A stretch of DNA of 64,000 bases from Eledone cirrhosa (taxonomy: Eukaryota), in the NCBI GenBank assembly GCA_964016885.1, contig OZ024740.1:276892001-276956000 (forward strand). The letters are read 5' to 3'. Positions within the stretch are counted from its first letter, which is position 1, and each line of letters starts with the position of its first letter. Made by a program: the position numbers and the translations under genes. The notes beneath the pieces were generated by a model. That model was not told the DNA's origin, made no database searches, and saw only the letters and a program-made list of their open reading frames with translations. Below are positions 12,415 through 24,539 of this stretch, piece after piece.

Positions 12415-15400
12415 CCTTGAATCTCAGTCATTGATGTTGGTTAACTGGAAAGTCCGTTGGATTGAATATCAAGCCACTACCTGCAGCCTCAGATATTCAG
12501 GACGTATCGGAGGGTTCTTGCCGTTCCAAGCAAGCATGCCTTTTGAAGCGTTCCAAAAAGCGTGAAGGGGCCGATTTTCTTTAACCATCCCTGGAAACCT
12601 TTGGAGATAGTCCCCAGTGCGCCTATGACAATCGGGATCACTTTGACTTCATGGCAGTTCCAAATCCTTTTCACCTCCCACTTTAGGTCCTGGTATCGGT
12701 TAATTTTCTCCCTCTCCTTCTCTTGCACTCTCGTGTCGAACGGGCAGGCCACATCCACAATCAGGCACGATCTTTTTTCTTTGTCCACAACCACCAGGTC
12801 AGGTCTATTGTGTTCCAGTTTTTTGTCCGTCTGTATCCTAAAATCCCACAGCACCTTCACCTGACTGTTCTCCATCACCGCCTCTGGCCTATGCTCATAC
12901 CATTTCTCAGAATGTGGTAGATTGTTTACTTTGCACAGGTGCCAGTGGATCACCCTGCCCATCACATCGTGTCTCCAGCCCTTATAGTGGGTCTGGGCTA
13001 GGTGTTTACACTCGGACACAATGTGAGCCACAGTCTCCTCTCTCTCTCCACAGATCCTGCACAGTGGGCTAGCCTCCTCCTTGTAGATATGGTGCTTCAA
13101 CCACTTCGTTTTGAGGGCCTGCTCCTGCGCAGCCATTAGCATTCCTTCTGTAGCCTTTTTGAGGTCTCCTCTTCTCAACCAGTTCCATGTCTGTGGATCT
13201 CTAAATTCAGTTTTCTCAAAGAAGGTACTATGAAGGGATTTTCCCTTAAGGCTGCTCTTCCTCCTTGATGTTATTTCCTCCTTGGGTATCCCCTGGCCTA
13301 CTGTCCCCTCCTTCAGTACATCTCTGAGCATTGGCTCCTTACTATAGGTCACGTATTTGTATAGGTTGTTTTTCTCCATCTGAACACAGTCCTCTATGCT
13401 GATAAGACCTCTTCCACCCTCAGATCTCCTTAGGTAGAGTCTATCGACATCACTCCTCTTGTGGAACATGTTGTAGATAGTCAATAGCTTCCTAGTCTTC
13501 CTATCCATTTCTTTTTGTTCAGCAACATTCCATCTCAGAATTCCCGCACTGTACCTAATAATAGACACAGCTCGGGAATTTACTGCGCTTATGGCATTTC
13601 TGCTGTTCAGATGTGACTTCAATACGCTCCTTACTCTCCGAATGTATTCAGTTCTTAACAATTCCTTCATTTTTTTGTTCTTTATGCCATCAGCCTCCAG
13701 AACGCCCAAATACTTGTATCCTTCCTCAGAGTCAATTTCCTTTATCATCTCACCTGTTGGTATCTGGATCCCGTTACTTCTGCTCAACCTACCCCTCCTC
13801 ATCACAATGACTCCACATTTACCAATACCAAACTGCATACATATATCACTGCTGAAAATACGGACAGTGTCAACAAGCACATCCAACTCCTTCTCACTTT
13901 TCCCGAAGAGCTTAAGATCGTCCATGAAGAGGAGGTGATTGATGGTAAGCTCTCCCCTTCCCAACTTGTATCCTGCTCTCACTTTTCGCAGCATAATGGT
14001 CAAGGGCATCAGGGCAAGGACAAACAACAGAGGGGACAGGCTATCTCCCTGGAAGATACCTCTCTTGATCTTCACGCTTCCCAAGGATACTCCAGTTGAT
14101 GTCAACTCTGTCTCCCAGGACCCCATACTCCTGCCCAGCAACTGTCTGATGTTATCTGCCACCCTGAAGATCTCCAGGCTTTTGGTGATCCAGGAATGAG
14201 GCACCATGTCAAATGCCTTTCTGTAGTCTATCCATCCCATGGCAAGATCAGTGTGTCTCCTCCTGCAATTCCCCATTACCATCTTATCAATAAGCAACTG
14301 GTCCTTTGTACCACGTGACTTCTTTCGGCATCCTTTCTGTTCGTCCGGCAACAAGTTGTTTGTGTGGAGGTGATGGTAGATTTCCTCAGACACAATGCTC
14401 GTCAACAGTTTCCACATTACGGGCAGACATGTGATAGGTCTATAGTTGGTAACATCATTACCCTTGATTCGGTCTTTCATTATCAGAACTGTGGTACCTT
14501 TTGTCAACCACTCTGGCACCTCACCCGACACCAAGCAGTCATTGAACATGGCCGTCAGCTTCGGGTGGAGGGATGTTAAATGTTTAATCCAATACCCCTG
14601 CACACCATCTGGGCCTGGTGATTTCCAGTTGGTTAGTTTTTTGGCTTGCCCCTTAAGAGTTTCAACTGTGATACTCAAATCAGTCTGTTGCTGTGCCTGC
14701 TCACCGATCTCCCTCTGTACTGTCTCAATCCACCCTGCCTGGGCATTGTGTCTAACATCCTGCTCCCATATTCCTCTCCAGAATGTTTTAGCTTGTTCCG
14801 CCCCAGGGATCAAGTCGTTGCCTCTTTCTTTCCCCTCAAGCTGTCCAAACAGCATCTTCTGGTTGTTGTCGAACATGCGGTTCTGTTTATACTGACTGAC
14901 TCTGTTCTCGTATCGCCTGATTTTGGCACTCTTTGCTACAATGCGTTGCTTCAATTCCTCTATGATAATATTTAGCTTTTTACTCCTAGTTTTGTATTTT
15001 ATTTCCAGTCTATTTTTAGTGCCTATGTTTTTTAGTGTCCCATTCATTAGTGACTCAAGCTTTCCTATGTCATTTCTCATTTCCCCGATTTGCCCACTCA
15101 GTCGCTTCTTCCACCACGGCTCTGCTCTTTCTTGTCTGTTGTTTCCTCTCGCTTTTATACCAAGTAGTTTCCTCACCGTATTTGCTGTTGCTTTGAGGAT
15201 ATTGTTGCACTGGTGAAGACTCCTCGCCTCAAGGTATGGGATGACTTTGTTTACCTTAGCTGTTGTTTCTTTTAACTTTTTCCTGTCTACAAATCTTAGG
15301 TTCATAGGTCTCCCACTATCATTGTTCAACTCATCTACCACTAAATTTAGGATATCAACCGAATCTTGTCCTAGCCCGTCAGCATTCATCCCCTCAGTGG

Positions 15401-15795
15401 CCGTATCTCTGTTCCAGGTATTATTTATCTCAGTATTCAGATCATTGTCTGCTTCGGGTGGTTCCTCCGTTCTCAGGACCTCCTCACCTTCATTTCCCGC
15501 CGGCTCGCTTGTCTGGCATACTACACCCGCCATCTCCAAGCCATTCTCTCTGCTCAGTTCCTCCAGTTCCAGCTCGCTTATCCACCCATTAGTTCTTATT
15601 ACCCGAGCCTGCCCGGCCAATTTTTGTTCATCTAATTTAAATAAACCAATCTCGTTCCAGATGTTATGCATCCGTCTCCTGTAGCCCCTCTCCTTGGGGT
15701 TACTTTTCAGGTAGCATTGCATAACAGTTCTATTCAATTCTTTCGTCCAGTTGGTTCTGGCCCCTTTCCTTCTTCTTCTTCCTCCAACATCAGCA

Positions 15796-15796
<1 letters not shown>
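12415..15796 (-). mobile_element. R4/Dong element (family B) flanked on both sides by (TAA)n
   Basis: (TTA)n at 12382-12414 and 15797-15844; ~75-bp 3' UTR. Dong elements are known to target (TAA)n. Confidence 0.92.
12489..15737 (-). CDS. Intact R4/Dong-clade ORF (RT, CCHC knuckle, restriction-like endonuclease), 1082 aa
   Basis: Uninterrupted ORF with PGPDG, NYRPITCL, EQKG, WIDYRKAFD, QGDSLSP, FMDDL, CRIC..H..SEC, RHD and RPDLVV..DV..P..EK..RY. The frame stays open upstream of the TTG (RTNWTKELN). Confidence 0.95.
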   Translation of the reverse strand: MNRTVMQCYLKSNPKERGYRRRMHNIWNEIGLFKLDEQKLAGQARVIRTNGWISELELEELSRENGLEMAGVVCQTSEPAGNEGEEVLRTEEPPEADNDLNTEINNTWNRDTATEGMNADGLGQDSVDILNLVVDELNNDSGRPMNLRFVDRKKLKETTAKVNKVIPYLEARSLHQCNNILKATANTVRKLLGIKARGNNRQERAEPWWKKRLSGQIGEMRNDIGKLESLMNGTLKNIGTKNRLEIKYKTRSKKLNIIIEELKQRIVAKSAKIRRYENRVSQYKQNRMFDNNQKMLFGQLEGKERGNDLIPGAEQAKTFWRGIWEQDVRHNAQAGWIETVQREIGEQAQQQTDLSITVETLKGQAKKLTNWKSPGPDGVQGYWIKHLTSLHPKLTAMFNDCLVSGEVPEWLTKGTTVLIMKDRIKGNDVTNYRPITCLPVMWKLLTSIVSEEIYHHLHTNNLLPDEQKGCRKKSRGTKDQLLIDKMVMGNCRRRHTDLAMGWIDYRKAFDMVPHSWITKSLEIFRVADNIRQLLGRSMGSWETELTSTGVSLGSVKIKRGIFQGDSLSPLLFVLALMPLTIMLRKVRAGYKLGRGELTINHLLFMDDLKLFGKSEKELDVLVDTVRIFSSDICMQFGIGKCGVIVMRRGRLSRSNGIQIPTGEMIKEIDSEEGYKYLGVLEADGIKNKKMKELLRTEYIRRVRSVLKSHLNSRNAISAVNSRAVSIIRYSAGILRWNVAEQKEMDRKTRKLLTIYNMFHKRSDVDRLYLRRSEGGRGLISIEDCVQMEKNNLYKYVTYSKEPMLRDVLKEGTVGQGIPKEEITSRRKSSLKGKSLHSTFFEKTEFRDPQTWNWLRRGDLKKATEGMLMAAQEQALKTKWLKHHIYKEEASPLCRICGEREETVAHIVSECKHLAQTHYKGWRHDVMGRVIHWHLCKVNNLPHSEKWYEHRPEAVMENSQVKVLWDFRIQTDKKLEHNRPDLVVVDKEKRSCLIVDVACPFDTRVQEKEREKINRYQDLKWEVKRIWNCHEVKVIPIVIGALGTISKGFQGWLKKIGPFTLFGTLQKACLLGTARTLRYVLNI

Positions 15797-15843
<47 letters not shown>

Positions 15844-15844
15844 G

Positions 15845-16920
15845 TTCTTTGAGTCTCAGTCTTTGACGTTAGTTAACTGGAAAGTTTGTTGAGATGAATA
15901 TCAAGCCACTACCTGCAGCCTCAGATATTCAGGACGTATCTGAGGGTTCTTGCTGTTCCCAGCAAACATGCCTTTTGAAGTCTTCCAAAAAGCGGGGCTG
16001 GACTAATTTTCTTTAACCATCCTTGGAAACTCTTTGAGATAGTACCTAGTGCACCTATGACAATCGGGACCACTTTGACTTCATGGCAGTTCCAAATCCT
16101 TTTTACTTCCCACTTTAAGTCCTGGTATCGGTTAATTTTCTCCCTCTCCTTCTCTTGCACTCTCGTGTCGAATGGGCAGGCCACATCCACAATCAGGCAC
16201 GATCTTTTTTCTTTGTCCAAAACCACCAGGTCAGGTCTATTGTGTTCCAGTTTCTTGTCCGTCTGTATCCTAAAATCCCACAGCTCCTTCACCTGATCGT
16301 TTTCTATCACCGCCTCTGGCTTATGCTCATACCACTTCTCAGAATGTGGTAAATTGTTTACTTTGCATAGGTGCCAGTGGATCACCCTGCCCATCACATC
16401 ATCTCTCCAGCCCTTGAGTCTGGGCTAGGTGTTTACACTCGGATACAATGTGAGCCACAGTCTCCTCTCTCCCTCCACAGATCTTGCACAGTGGGTTAGC
16501 CTCCTCCTTGTAAATATGGTGTTTCAACCACTTCGTTTTGAGGGCCTGCTCTTGCGCAGCCATTAACATTCCTTCTGTAGCCTTTTTAAGGTCTCGTCTT
16601 TTCAACCAGTTCCATGTCTGTGGATCTCTGAAGTCAGTTTTCTCAAAAAAGGTACTATGAAGGGATTTTTCATGAAGGCTGCTCTTTCTCCTTGTTGTTA
16701 TTTCCTCCTTGGACATTCCCTGGTCTATTATCCTCTCCTTCAGTACAGTTCTGAGCATTGGCTTCTTACTATCAGTCACTTATTTGTGTAGGTTGTTTTT
16801 CTCCATCTGAACACAGTCCTCCATGTTGATAAGACCTCTTCCACCTTCAGATCTCCTTAAGTAGAGTCTATCGACATCACTCCTCTTGTGGAACATGTTG
16901 TAGATAGTCAATAGCTTCCT
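15845..16920 (-). mobile_element. Second family-B R4/Dong copy, 5'-truncated and frameshifted
   Basis: Diverged copy of 12415-13493; ORF pieces 15921-16397 and 16399-16779. Confidence 0.92.
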
Positions 16921-17093
16921 TGGCAGTATCGGTAGAGGGTCGGACGCCATGCTTTCCAGCATAGTTACGTCCCTTTACAATCTGAGTTCAAATCCCGCCG
17001 AGGTTGACTTTGCCTTTCATCCTTACGGGGTCGATAAATAAAGTACCAGTAATGCACTGGGTAATTGCTGGCCTTGTGCCTAAAGTAGAAACA

Positions 17094-17171
<78 letters not shown>
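16921..17171 (+). mobile_element. SINE with a long (ATT)n tail, joined head-to-head to the Dong 5' truncation point
   Basis: Near-consensus copy starting TGGCAGTATCGG immediately after Dong sequence. Confidence 0.9.
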
Positions 17172-18289
17172 TTCTTTGTTTCCTTTCGTCCTTCTATCTG
17201 TCCTCTTTGTTTTATCATATACTAATCATACCAACTGAAAGATTTATTTTTCTGTTGCAAGATCCAGCACTTTAAAATTTTACTTCCAATTAAATCGTGC
17301 GAAACCATTTTGCTGGTTTGAGAGCTGATAAGGGTGTAGAAGTGTGTGTGTGTAAACTTGTCTTGTACATCACCTTCCAGTCATTTCTATGTGCTAACAC
17401 AATACTCCTTGTCCTCCTCTTTCAATTTTTTCTATATTTCATCTGTTGTCACCGATTTTCTGGATTGTCTCTCTGTTGAAACTGGCCGCTGCTTTTTTTC
17501 TGCTAAGGCATCTTTGCCTATCAGTCTTTGACAGCATGTAGCTCTTTTCACAGCTGTTCTATCTATGAGTTTTATCATTTTAATATGTATTTAAATACAC
17601 CTTCGCTTCGTCCCGATCAGAGACAACATTGTTTTTCTTTTTTATTAATATTTGCTGTTTTTGCTGTTATTGGTGATGGTGTTGTTGTTGTTGTTGTTCG
17701 ACTGGGCTGGTTGGTTTCATCAGGCTTAGCTATTCAAGTTAGATTGGCTGGGACGAGTTGTTATCATCGGATGGTTAGTGTAACATGGTTGGCTGTGCTT
17801 CAGCAGAAGCACATCTGACGGTTGTTACCCCCGAGGCGGCAGGAATGTTCTCTGTCAAGGATACTTTCTGAAAATTCCGCAACTAGCATGCATAAGATAT
17901 TCTACTCGGATTCATTTCTACAAATTACCTAAAATATCTTCTGTTTCTCCAAATTCTTAATGACAAAATTAAAATTCTGTTTAACTGTTTTATGTATGAT
18001 TTAAACAAGTGTATACTTTGCATCTCTTTGTAAAATGCATTCCTATCTGATTTCTGACATAGTTGAATGGTTTACATACAAAGGATACATTCCAGCATTA
18101 TCAATATTTAATTAAGAAAGATTTCGAAAATTATTCATAAAATTCACTGAAAACTCTATCATATCGTCCTATCAATATCGATATCTTCTTCTTAATAAAC
18201 AGATTGCAATCAAAAGGCAATTAACAAAGCATTACGATAGTAACAACGTGATAGGTAATTTGACATTAACATCACCTGATCTTGTGTAA

Positions 18290-18625
18290 GACGTGTGTTG
18301 GATTAGATCGGTTCTGATGACGAGTGTTTTAGTTAGTTGTTTGATTAATGAAACAGCTTGCTTATAAAACTAGAGTGTATGTGACTGAGCATTCTACAGG
18401 CACATGCCCTGTTAACGAAGTTCTCAGAAATATTCATCGTGACATAAGGTGTAACAAGGCAGAACCTTGGTATTACAGGTACAGCTTAGTGTTGTGAGCT
18501 GTGCGGACTGAAGCAATGTGAAAATAATATGTCTTGTTCCAATATACAACGCATTGTCGAGAATCAACCTCATGTCGTTCTGATCATGAGTCCAACACCC
18601 TAATTACGAAGCCACGCATCTCCAG
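18290..18625 (-). mobile_element. Decayed CORE-type SINE
   Basis: Resembles the reverse complement of 51989-52315. Confidence 0.65.
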
Positions 18626-18772
18626 GAAACGTAAAAGTTTGGTCAACATTTATACAATTGGAATACAAGAGTAAAAAATGAATCAGTTCGGTGGAGACCT
18701 GAGAGACGACTATTGGCTGTAAAGTAAAATCATGCTTTCTCTATAGCTCTTAATGTTTCACACACGCGCACG

Positions 18773-18931
<159 letters not shown>

Positions 18932-19311
18932 TCAAATTTCCAGTCGAATTAAATACAAAACCCGGAACATTCCCGATAACCTTATCCATTAATCTGATGC
19001 ATCTACTACAAACATGATAACGACTTAATACTGATCTCAAGAATCAGTGTTTCTGAAATTTTCTTTTATTTTCTTCTATCCATATAAAGTCCATTACACA
19101 TTTAGAACGAAGAAATATATACAGTACTGTTTGTTGTGATAGCAAATTAGCTTTTAAATATGCTGCAGGTTCCCATCGTTAACCTAATGTATTTATTGTA
19201 AATCTATTTCACTCACTTTCTTATTTCAACATCATCTCCATCAGTGTTAGTCACTCTCTTTCTCATGTCTTTTATTTTTATTGTCGATCTCTCAATCTCT
19301 CCAACTCTCTC

Positions 19312-19392
<81 letters not shown>

Positions 19393-19655
19393 GGAAAAAA
19401 TGAAACGAAATTTCATTTCTCACTCTTAGTACGGCTGTTACTTAAATATAGATATGTATACGTACATACATATATGTATACAGACGTACAGTAGTATGTA
19501 TATATATATACATACATGCACACATATATATATATGTATGTATGGATTCACCGAACATTTATTATAATGCTCGGTGTGTTTGTAAACAAACATCCCGAAT
19601 TAAGCCGTAGTGTCCAGCAACCATCGTTGCTCATTTGTTCAACACTGACAAAGGA

Positions 19656-19698
19656 ACGCTGTACTAGTTTCAAGCTTATTAGCTATCGTCAGCAACGT
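19656..19698 (-). ncRNA. Minimal type I hammerhead ribozyme
   Basis: Minus strand reads ACGUUG CUGACGA u-AGCU-aaua-AGCU-u GAAAC-ua-GUA CAGCGU: 6-bp stem I, palindromic stem III (ACUAGU), GUA cleavage site. Confidence 0.85.
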
Positions 19699-20180
19699 AT
19701 ACCTTCCTGCCAGATGGTTGAACGTCTGAAAGTATATACTTTCCTTATGCATATTAACGGCTGAGCAGTCTAATTTGCATATCGAGTGAGTTAATCGGCC
19801 GGGGTACCGAAAACGATAAACGGAAAAAATGAAACGAAATTTCATTTCTCACTCTTAGTACGGCTGTTACTTAAATATAAATATGTATACGTACATACAT
19901 ATGTGTATACAGACGTACAGTAGTATGTATATATATATACATACATGCACACATATATACATGTACGTATGGATTCACCGAACATTTATTATAATGCTCG
20001 GTGTGTTTGTAAACATTATACTAAGAGTGAGAAATGAAATTTCGTTTCATATTTTCCGTTTATCGTTTTCGGTACACCGGCCGATTAACTCACTCGATAT
20101 GCAAATTAGGCTGCTCAGCCGTTAATATGCATAAGGAAAGTATATACTTTCAGACGTTCAACCATCTGGCAGGAAGGTAT

Positions 20181-20223
20181 ACGTTGCTGACGATAGCTAA
20201 TAAGCTTGAACCTAGTACAGCGT
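20181..20223 (+). ncRNA. Hammerhead copy with a core mutation (GAAA to GAAC)
   Basis: ACGTTG CTGACGA TAGCTAATAAGCTT GAACC TA GTA CAGCGT. Confidence 0.7.
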
Positions 20224-20420
20224 TCCTTTCTCAGTGTTGAACAAATGAGCAACGATGGTTGCTAGACACTGTACGGCTTAATTCGGGATGTTTGTTTACA
20301 AACACACCGAGCATTATAATAAATGTTCTGTGAATCCATACGTACATGTATATATGTGTGCATGTATGTATATACATAGTACTGTACGTCTGTATACATA
20401 TATGTATGTACGTATACATA

Positions 20421-20474
<54 letters not shown>

Positions 20475-20885
20475 TATGTATACGTACATACATATATGTA
20501 TACAGACGTACAGTAGTATAAATTAATAAACATTCGTTGTACTGCCACTCTGTTTTGTTCCTGTTCAAATTTTTCCATTATATATATATATATATATATC
20601 ATAAACCATGTCCTTAGAATTATTAGATAAACTATATAACATTTCCTCTTCCAATTAGCATAATTAACCATATAAAAAATCAATTAGACCAAGCTATAAG
20701 AATAAAGGCTCTTATGAAGAAATCTCCGACAAATAACCGAAAGTGGCCTCTTCGCGGTGGCCCCAATAGAGTATTTATCCAACATTTCGACAGCATGTAG
20801 AAACTGACTAAATATACCATCAACCATACACAATTAGGTGTAAAATTAAACTTAGAAGAAATGTGTACATACCGTAATTATATCT

Positions 20886-20961
<76 letters not shown>

Positions 20962-22571
20962 CGTGTGTGTGTGTGTGTGCGTATGCATGTATGTGTGCGT
21001 ATATGTGTACATCTCTCTTTTTCCTTCGCACCATTTGAATGTCTGTGTGTTTGTTTGTTCGTGCGTGCGTATGTGCGTATGTGTGTGTGTGTGTGTGTGT
21101 GTATGAGTGTGTGTACCTGTTTCTGTTACTTATGCATCTATCTATCACTTTTTATCTCACTTTTCCCATATCTAGCTTTCCCCCTATTTTACCACCTGCC
21201 TGACCTTTCTCTTTCTGTCTATCACTCATAATTGTTCTATTTCTTCTCCCCCCCCCCCTCTCTCTCTCTCTCTCTTTCTCCTGAACTCCTTCTATACTTT
21301 CTCAAACTTGATTTGTCTCGATTTCAGTCTGTCTGTCTGTTGCCCTCTGTTACTACTTTCACTTTTCAGTTTTTTCTCATCTCTTCTCATGTAAACATCA
21401 ATCATGCAATATCTCTCTACTGATTTGTCAAATCAATGTGTTCTCTCCATTTATTCTTCAATCACCTGTATGCCTAGACCTTTTTCTTTACATTATGTCT
21501 GTTTCTGTCTGTCTATCTGACTTTTTTCTCTCTCGCCTGTCTTCTTTTTTTTGATGAATTTTTTTTATCTATACATCTATCATTATTTCCACTAAGTTAA
21601 ACTAAATTTAATACCAATCAAAGTTAGGATAACATTTTTGGTAACTTAGCTGACCTTACCAAAACTCAAATGACACATGTCTGCATTGTCTTCAATCTAT
21701 GATAGACTTAAACCAACTAACTTTAGTTTAGTTAAAGCTTCTCCATAAACACTTCTAGAAAGATCTACAATTTAGTAAAAAAAGCAGTTACGGGCTGAAA
21801 TCGTTGTTTCCAAACGAATTATTTCAAAAAAAGCAATTTTTTTCTCGTTCATCATCTAAACGAAGAGTATGCTTGTGAGGAATTCTACTGTGATCCATCC
21901 TAAATGAAATACTTGTATCCAAGAATGCAAACTAATGACATAGTTTTAATCTTTGGGTTGTTCTGTTACAGTAGACAAATGTACATATCATTACGTTTAT
22001 ACACGACTATATCTAACTTGGACTAATCAATTGGCTAAGCTGTTAAGAAACCGGGTTAAAATATTTTGGAATTTATCCCCACATACTACACCCTGAGTTA
22101 AAACACACAGAGGTCACAGAAGTCAAGCTGGCTTTTCATCCTTTCGAGGTCGATAAATAAATTTCGAATCCAGTACTGGGATTGCTTCACTCCTTTTCTT
22201 CTCTGGACGAAAATCTGGTGTGTTTCGACATGGAAAGTAATTGGCTCTGTCAGGTTGGCGTCCCTTATGACTTTACCAGGATTTAAGAGCCCTTTACTTT
22301 TACCAAGATATATATAACACTAAAGTGTTAAACATTATATCTGAATAAAATGTAGTATCTTTACCAGAAACAGAACCACCAACCCTTCGGTTTGTCTTCG
22401 TTTGACAACCTCTCACAACTGAAATCTGAAATTATTAATGAAACACTTTATTACATTGGAAATAAGCTTCAAATTTTGATGGTATATTTGAACTATTCAG
22501 ATACTTTTCGACCCCGACTACATGACATACATTCACTATAATATTTTCCCTGGCCTATTTAATTTGTTTCT

Positions 22572-22842
22572 TGTTATGTCCTTACGGATAAACGAATACA
22601 CTGCAACAGTCTAATAACAATATAATCGAAAGAAGCGGCAATAACCACACGGAACGGAACAACAATATTTTAAGAACCAACAATCCAGCACGCTAACTCG
22701 AACTGTGAGCTTGAACTTCAACTTTGACTATCAACACACGAACTGTAGAACTAGTACCAACCTCCACTTACTCAGGCCGCTACTATTTATATGCAGAGGC
22801 CCAGCCCATTCTCGCCAGGGGTCGTCGTACTCTCGCACAACA
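22572..22842 (-). mobile_element. Probable solo LTR
   Basis: TGTT...AACA ends; flanks TTTCT/TTTAT form a near 5-bp TSD; TATA-like ATATAAATA on the minus strand. Confidence 0.55.
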
Positions 22843-23112
22843 TTTATGTTAAAAACTAAGCTGGAAGTGCTTCAAAATGTATAGGGTTAAAAATAAACCC
22901 TTAACAATTCTTTTAAATGTGTCTAATATCCGTCCCACTATATCAAGCCTGGGTGATATTATTATAATTCTTATCATAACAAAGATTAGATACAAGTAAA
23001 TGAAAGAATTATCATTTTTTAAATGTGTCTGTATTTGGTGTTTTATGGAATCTCCTTGCACCAGACTAACACGAATGTTATTAATTTACGAATTGGTTAA
23101 GTAGTTGTGAGT

Positions 23113-23625
23113 ATTATTTTTTAACGTTGGCCGAGGTTGACTTTGCCTTTCATCCTTACGGGGTCGATAAAATAAAGTACCAGTAATGCACTGGGTAATT
23201 GCTGGCCTTGTGCCTAAAGTAGAAACAATTATTTTTTAACGTTGGATTGGCAGTATCAGTAGAGGGTCGGTCATGCTTTCCAGCATAGTTACGTCCCTTT
23301 ACGATCTGAGTTCAAATGCCGCCGAGGTTGACTTTGCCTTTCATCCTTACGGGGTCGATAAAATAAAGTACCAGTAATGCACTGGGTAATTGCTGGCCTT
23401 GTGCCTAAAGTAGAAACAATTATTTTTTAACGTTGGATTGGCAGTATCAGTAGAGGGTCGGACATGCTTTCCAGCATAGTTACGTCCCTTTACGATCTGA
23501 GTTCAAATGCCGCCGAGGTTGACTTTGCCTTTCATCCTTACGGGGTCGATAAAATAAAGTACCAGTAATGCACTGGGTAATTGCTGGCCTTGTGCCAAAA
23601 GTAGAAACAATTATTTTTTAACGTT
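23113..23625 (+). repeat. Tandem SINE array (one truncated and two full copies) separated by a repeated target site
   Basis: ATTATTTTTTAACGTT occurs four times, with a SINE between each occurrence. Confidence 0.9.
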
Positions 23626-23632
23626 CAACTCA

Positions 23633-23901
23633 TCTATATATCTAAAACAAAGAATGTCTGTTTCTTTGTCTGACTCCCTAAAGCTCGAGAACCACCCAAC
23701 CGTGTTGTTTCAAAATTTACACATGTAATACTTATGGTCGTGTGAGTGTTTTGAGCAAAAAGTACTTCAAATTTTCAATACCCTAGGGACCGCATTAGAT
23801 AGTTATAACGTCGCGCCCTTATAATATCTGTCTGTATGTCTGGCTGTCTGCATTACGACATCATCACACTATCTGTGTGTGTGTGTATATATGTATATAT
23901 A

Positions 23902-23961
<60 letters not shown>

Positions 23962-24539
23962 TGTAACGTTTTTCGAAATATTTGTCTTCTGTGTTCACAG
24001 ATTGAATTATTTAGTTTCAGAAGATTCCGTTAAGGGTGAAAGCAACGATTCTTCGCTTAAACTTTAATCTGTTATTTTAATATATATATATATAATTATA
24101 TATTCGTGTACAGATATTTTTGCATACACAATAACAACATATGAACAAACGTATTTATTTCCCGAGGCTCGATAAGGATAAATATATATCAAATATATAA
24201 AAACCCTAGAGCAAATATTGTTCTCATTGCTGACGAGACAGAAGGGAATATACACGATTGGCTGAAGAAGGACGAGACTGTGTTAGTAGTACAACCAACG
24301 GCCGCTATCACACCAACAGCAGCAAAAGCAACAACAACAAAAAAAAGAGAGGGAACGCAATTACATGATTTTGAAAAATCCTAATGGAAAATTATTTGCC
24401 TATTCACCCAAGGCGACTTCACATTTTATTAGGATTTCTGCATCAATTGGTGAACATACGACGAAACTGTTTCAGAAATGAGGTATAAACATGACAATCT
24501 ATGTTTAGAATCCCGAGCAACGCCGGGCCATTCTGCTCG
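23633..24539 (+). mobile_element. Non-autonomous Helitron with a possible internal solo LTR (~24070-24312)
   Basis: 5' A|TCTATATA; 3' hairpin CCCGAGCAACGCCGGG followed by CTCG|T (decayed CTAG); similar to 36088-36700. Confidence 0.7.

Larger units (their letters stand above)
19387..20519. mobile_element. 429-bp unit with a hammerhead ribozyme: ~1.46 tandem units plus an inverted copy, between (TA)n tracts
   Basis: Period 429 (19392 to 19821); inversion junction at ~20015-20019; inverted copy 20019-20424. Confidence 0.85.

Noticed and set aside
12562-15684. Plus-strand ORFs over the Dong element
   Set aside because: Antisense shadows of the RT ORF.
16921-17000. tRNA gene (A and B boxes)
   Set aside because: It is a SINE head, with no full cloverleaf, continuing into the SINE body.
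17850-18280. Possible Penelope RT remnant on the minus strand
   Set aside because: Only faint RY..DD and KPFN traces; too decayed to support.
23113-23625. CRISPR-like repeat/spacer appearance (also 41840-42095)
   Set aside because: The spacers are near-identical SINE or LINE sequence, the context is eukaryotic, and there are no cas genes.
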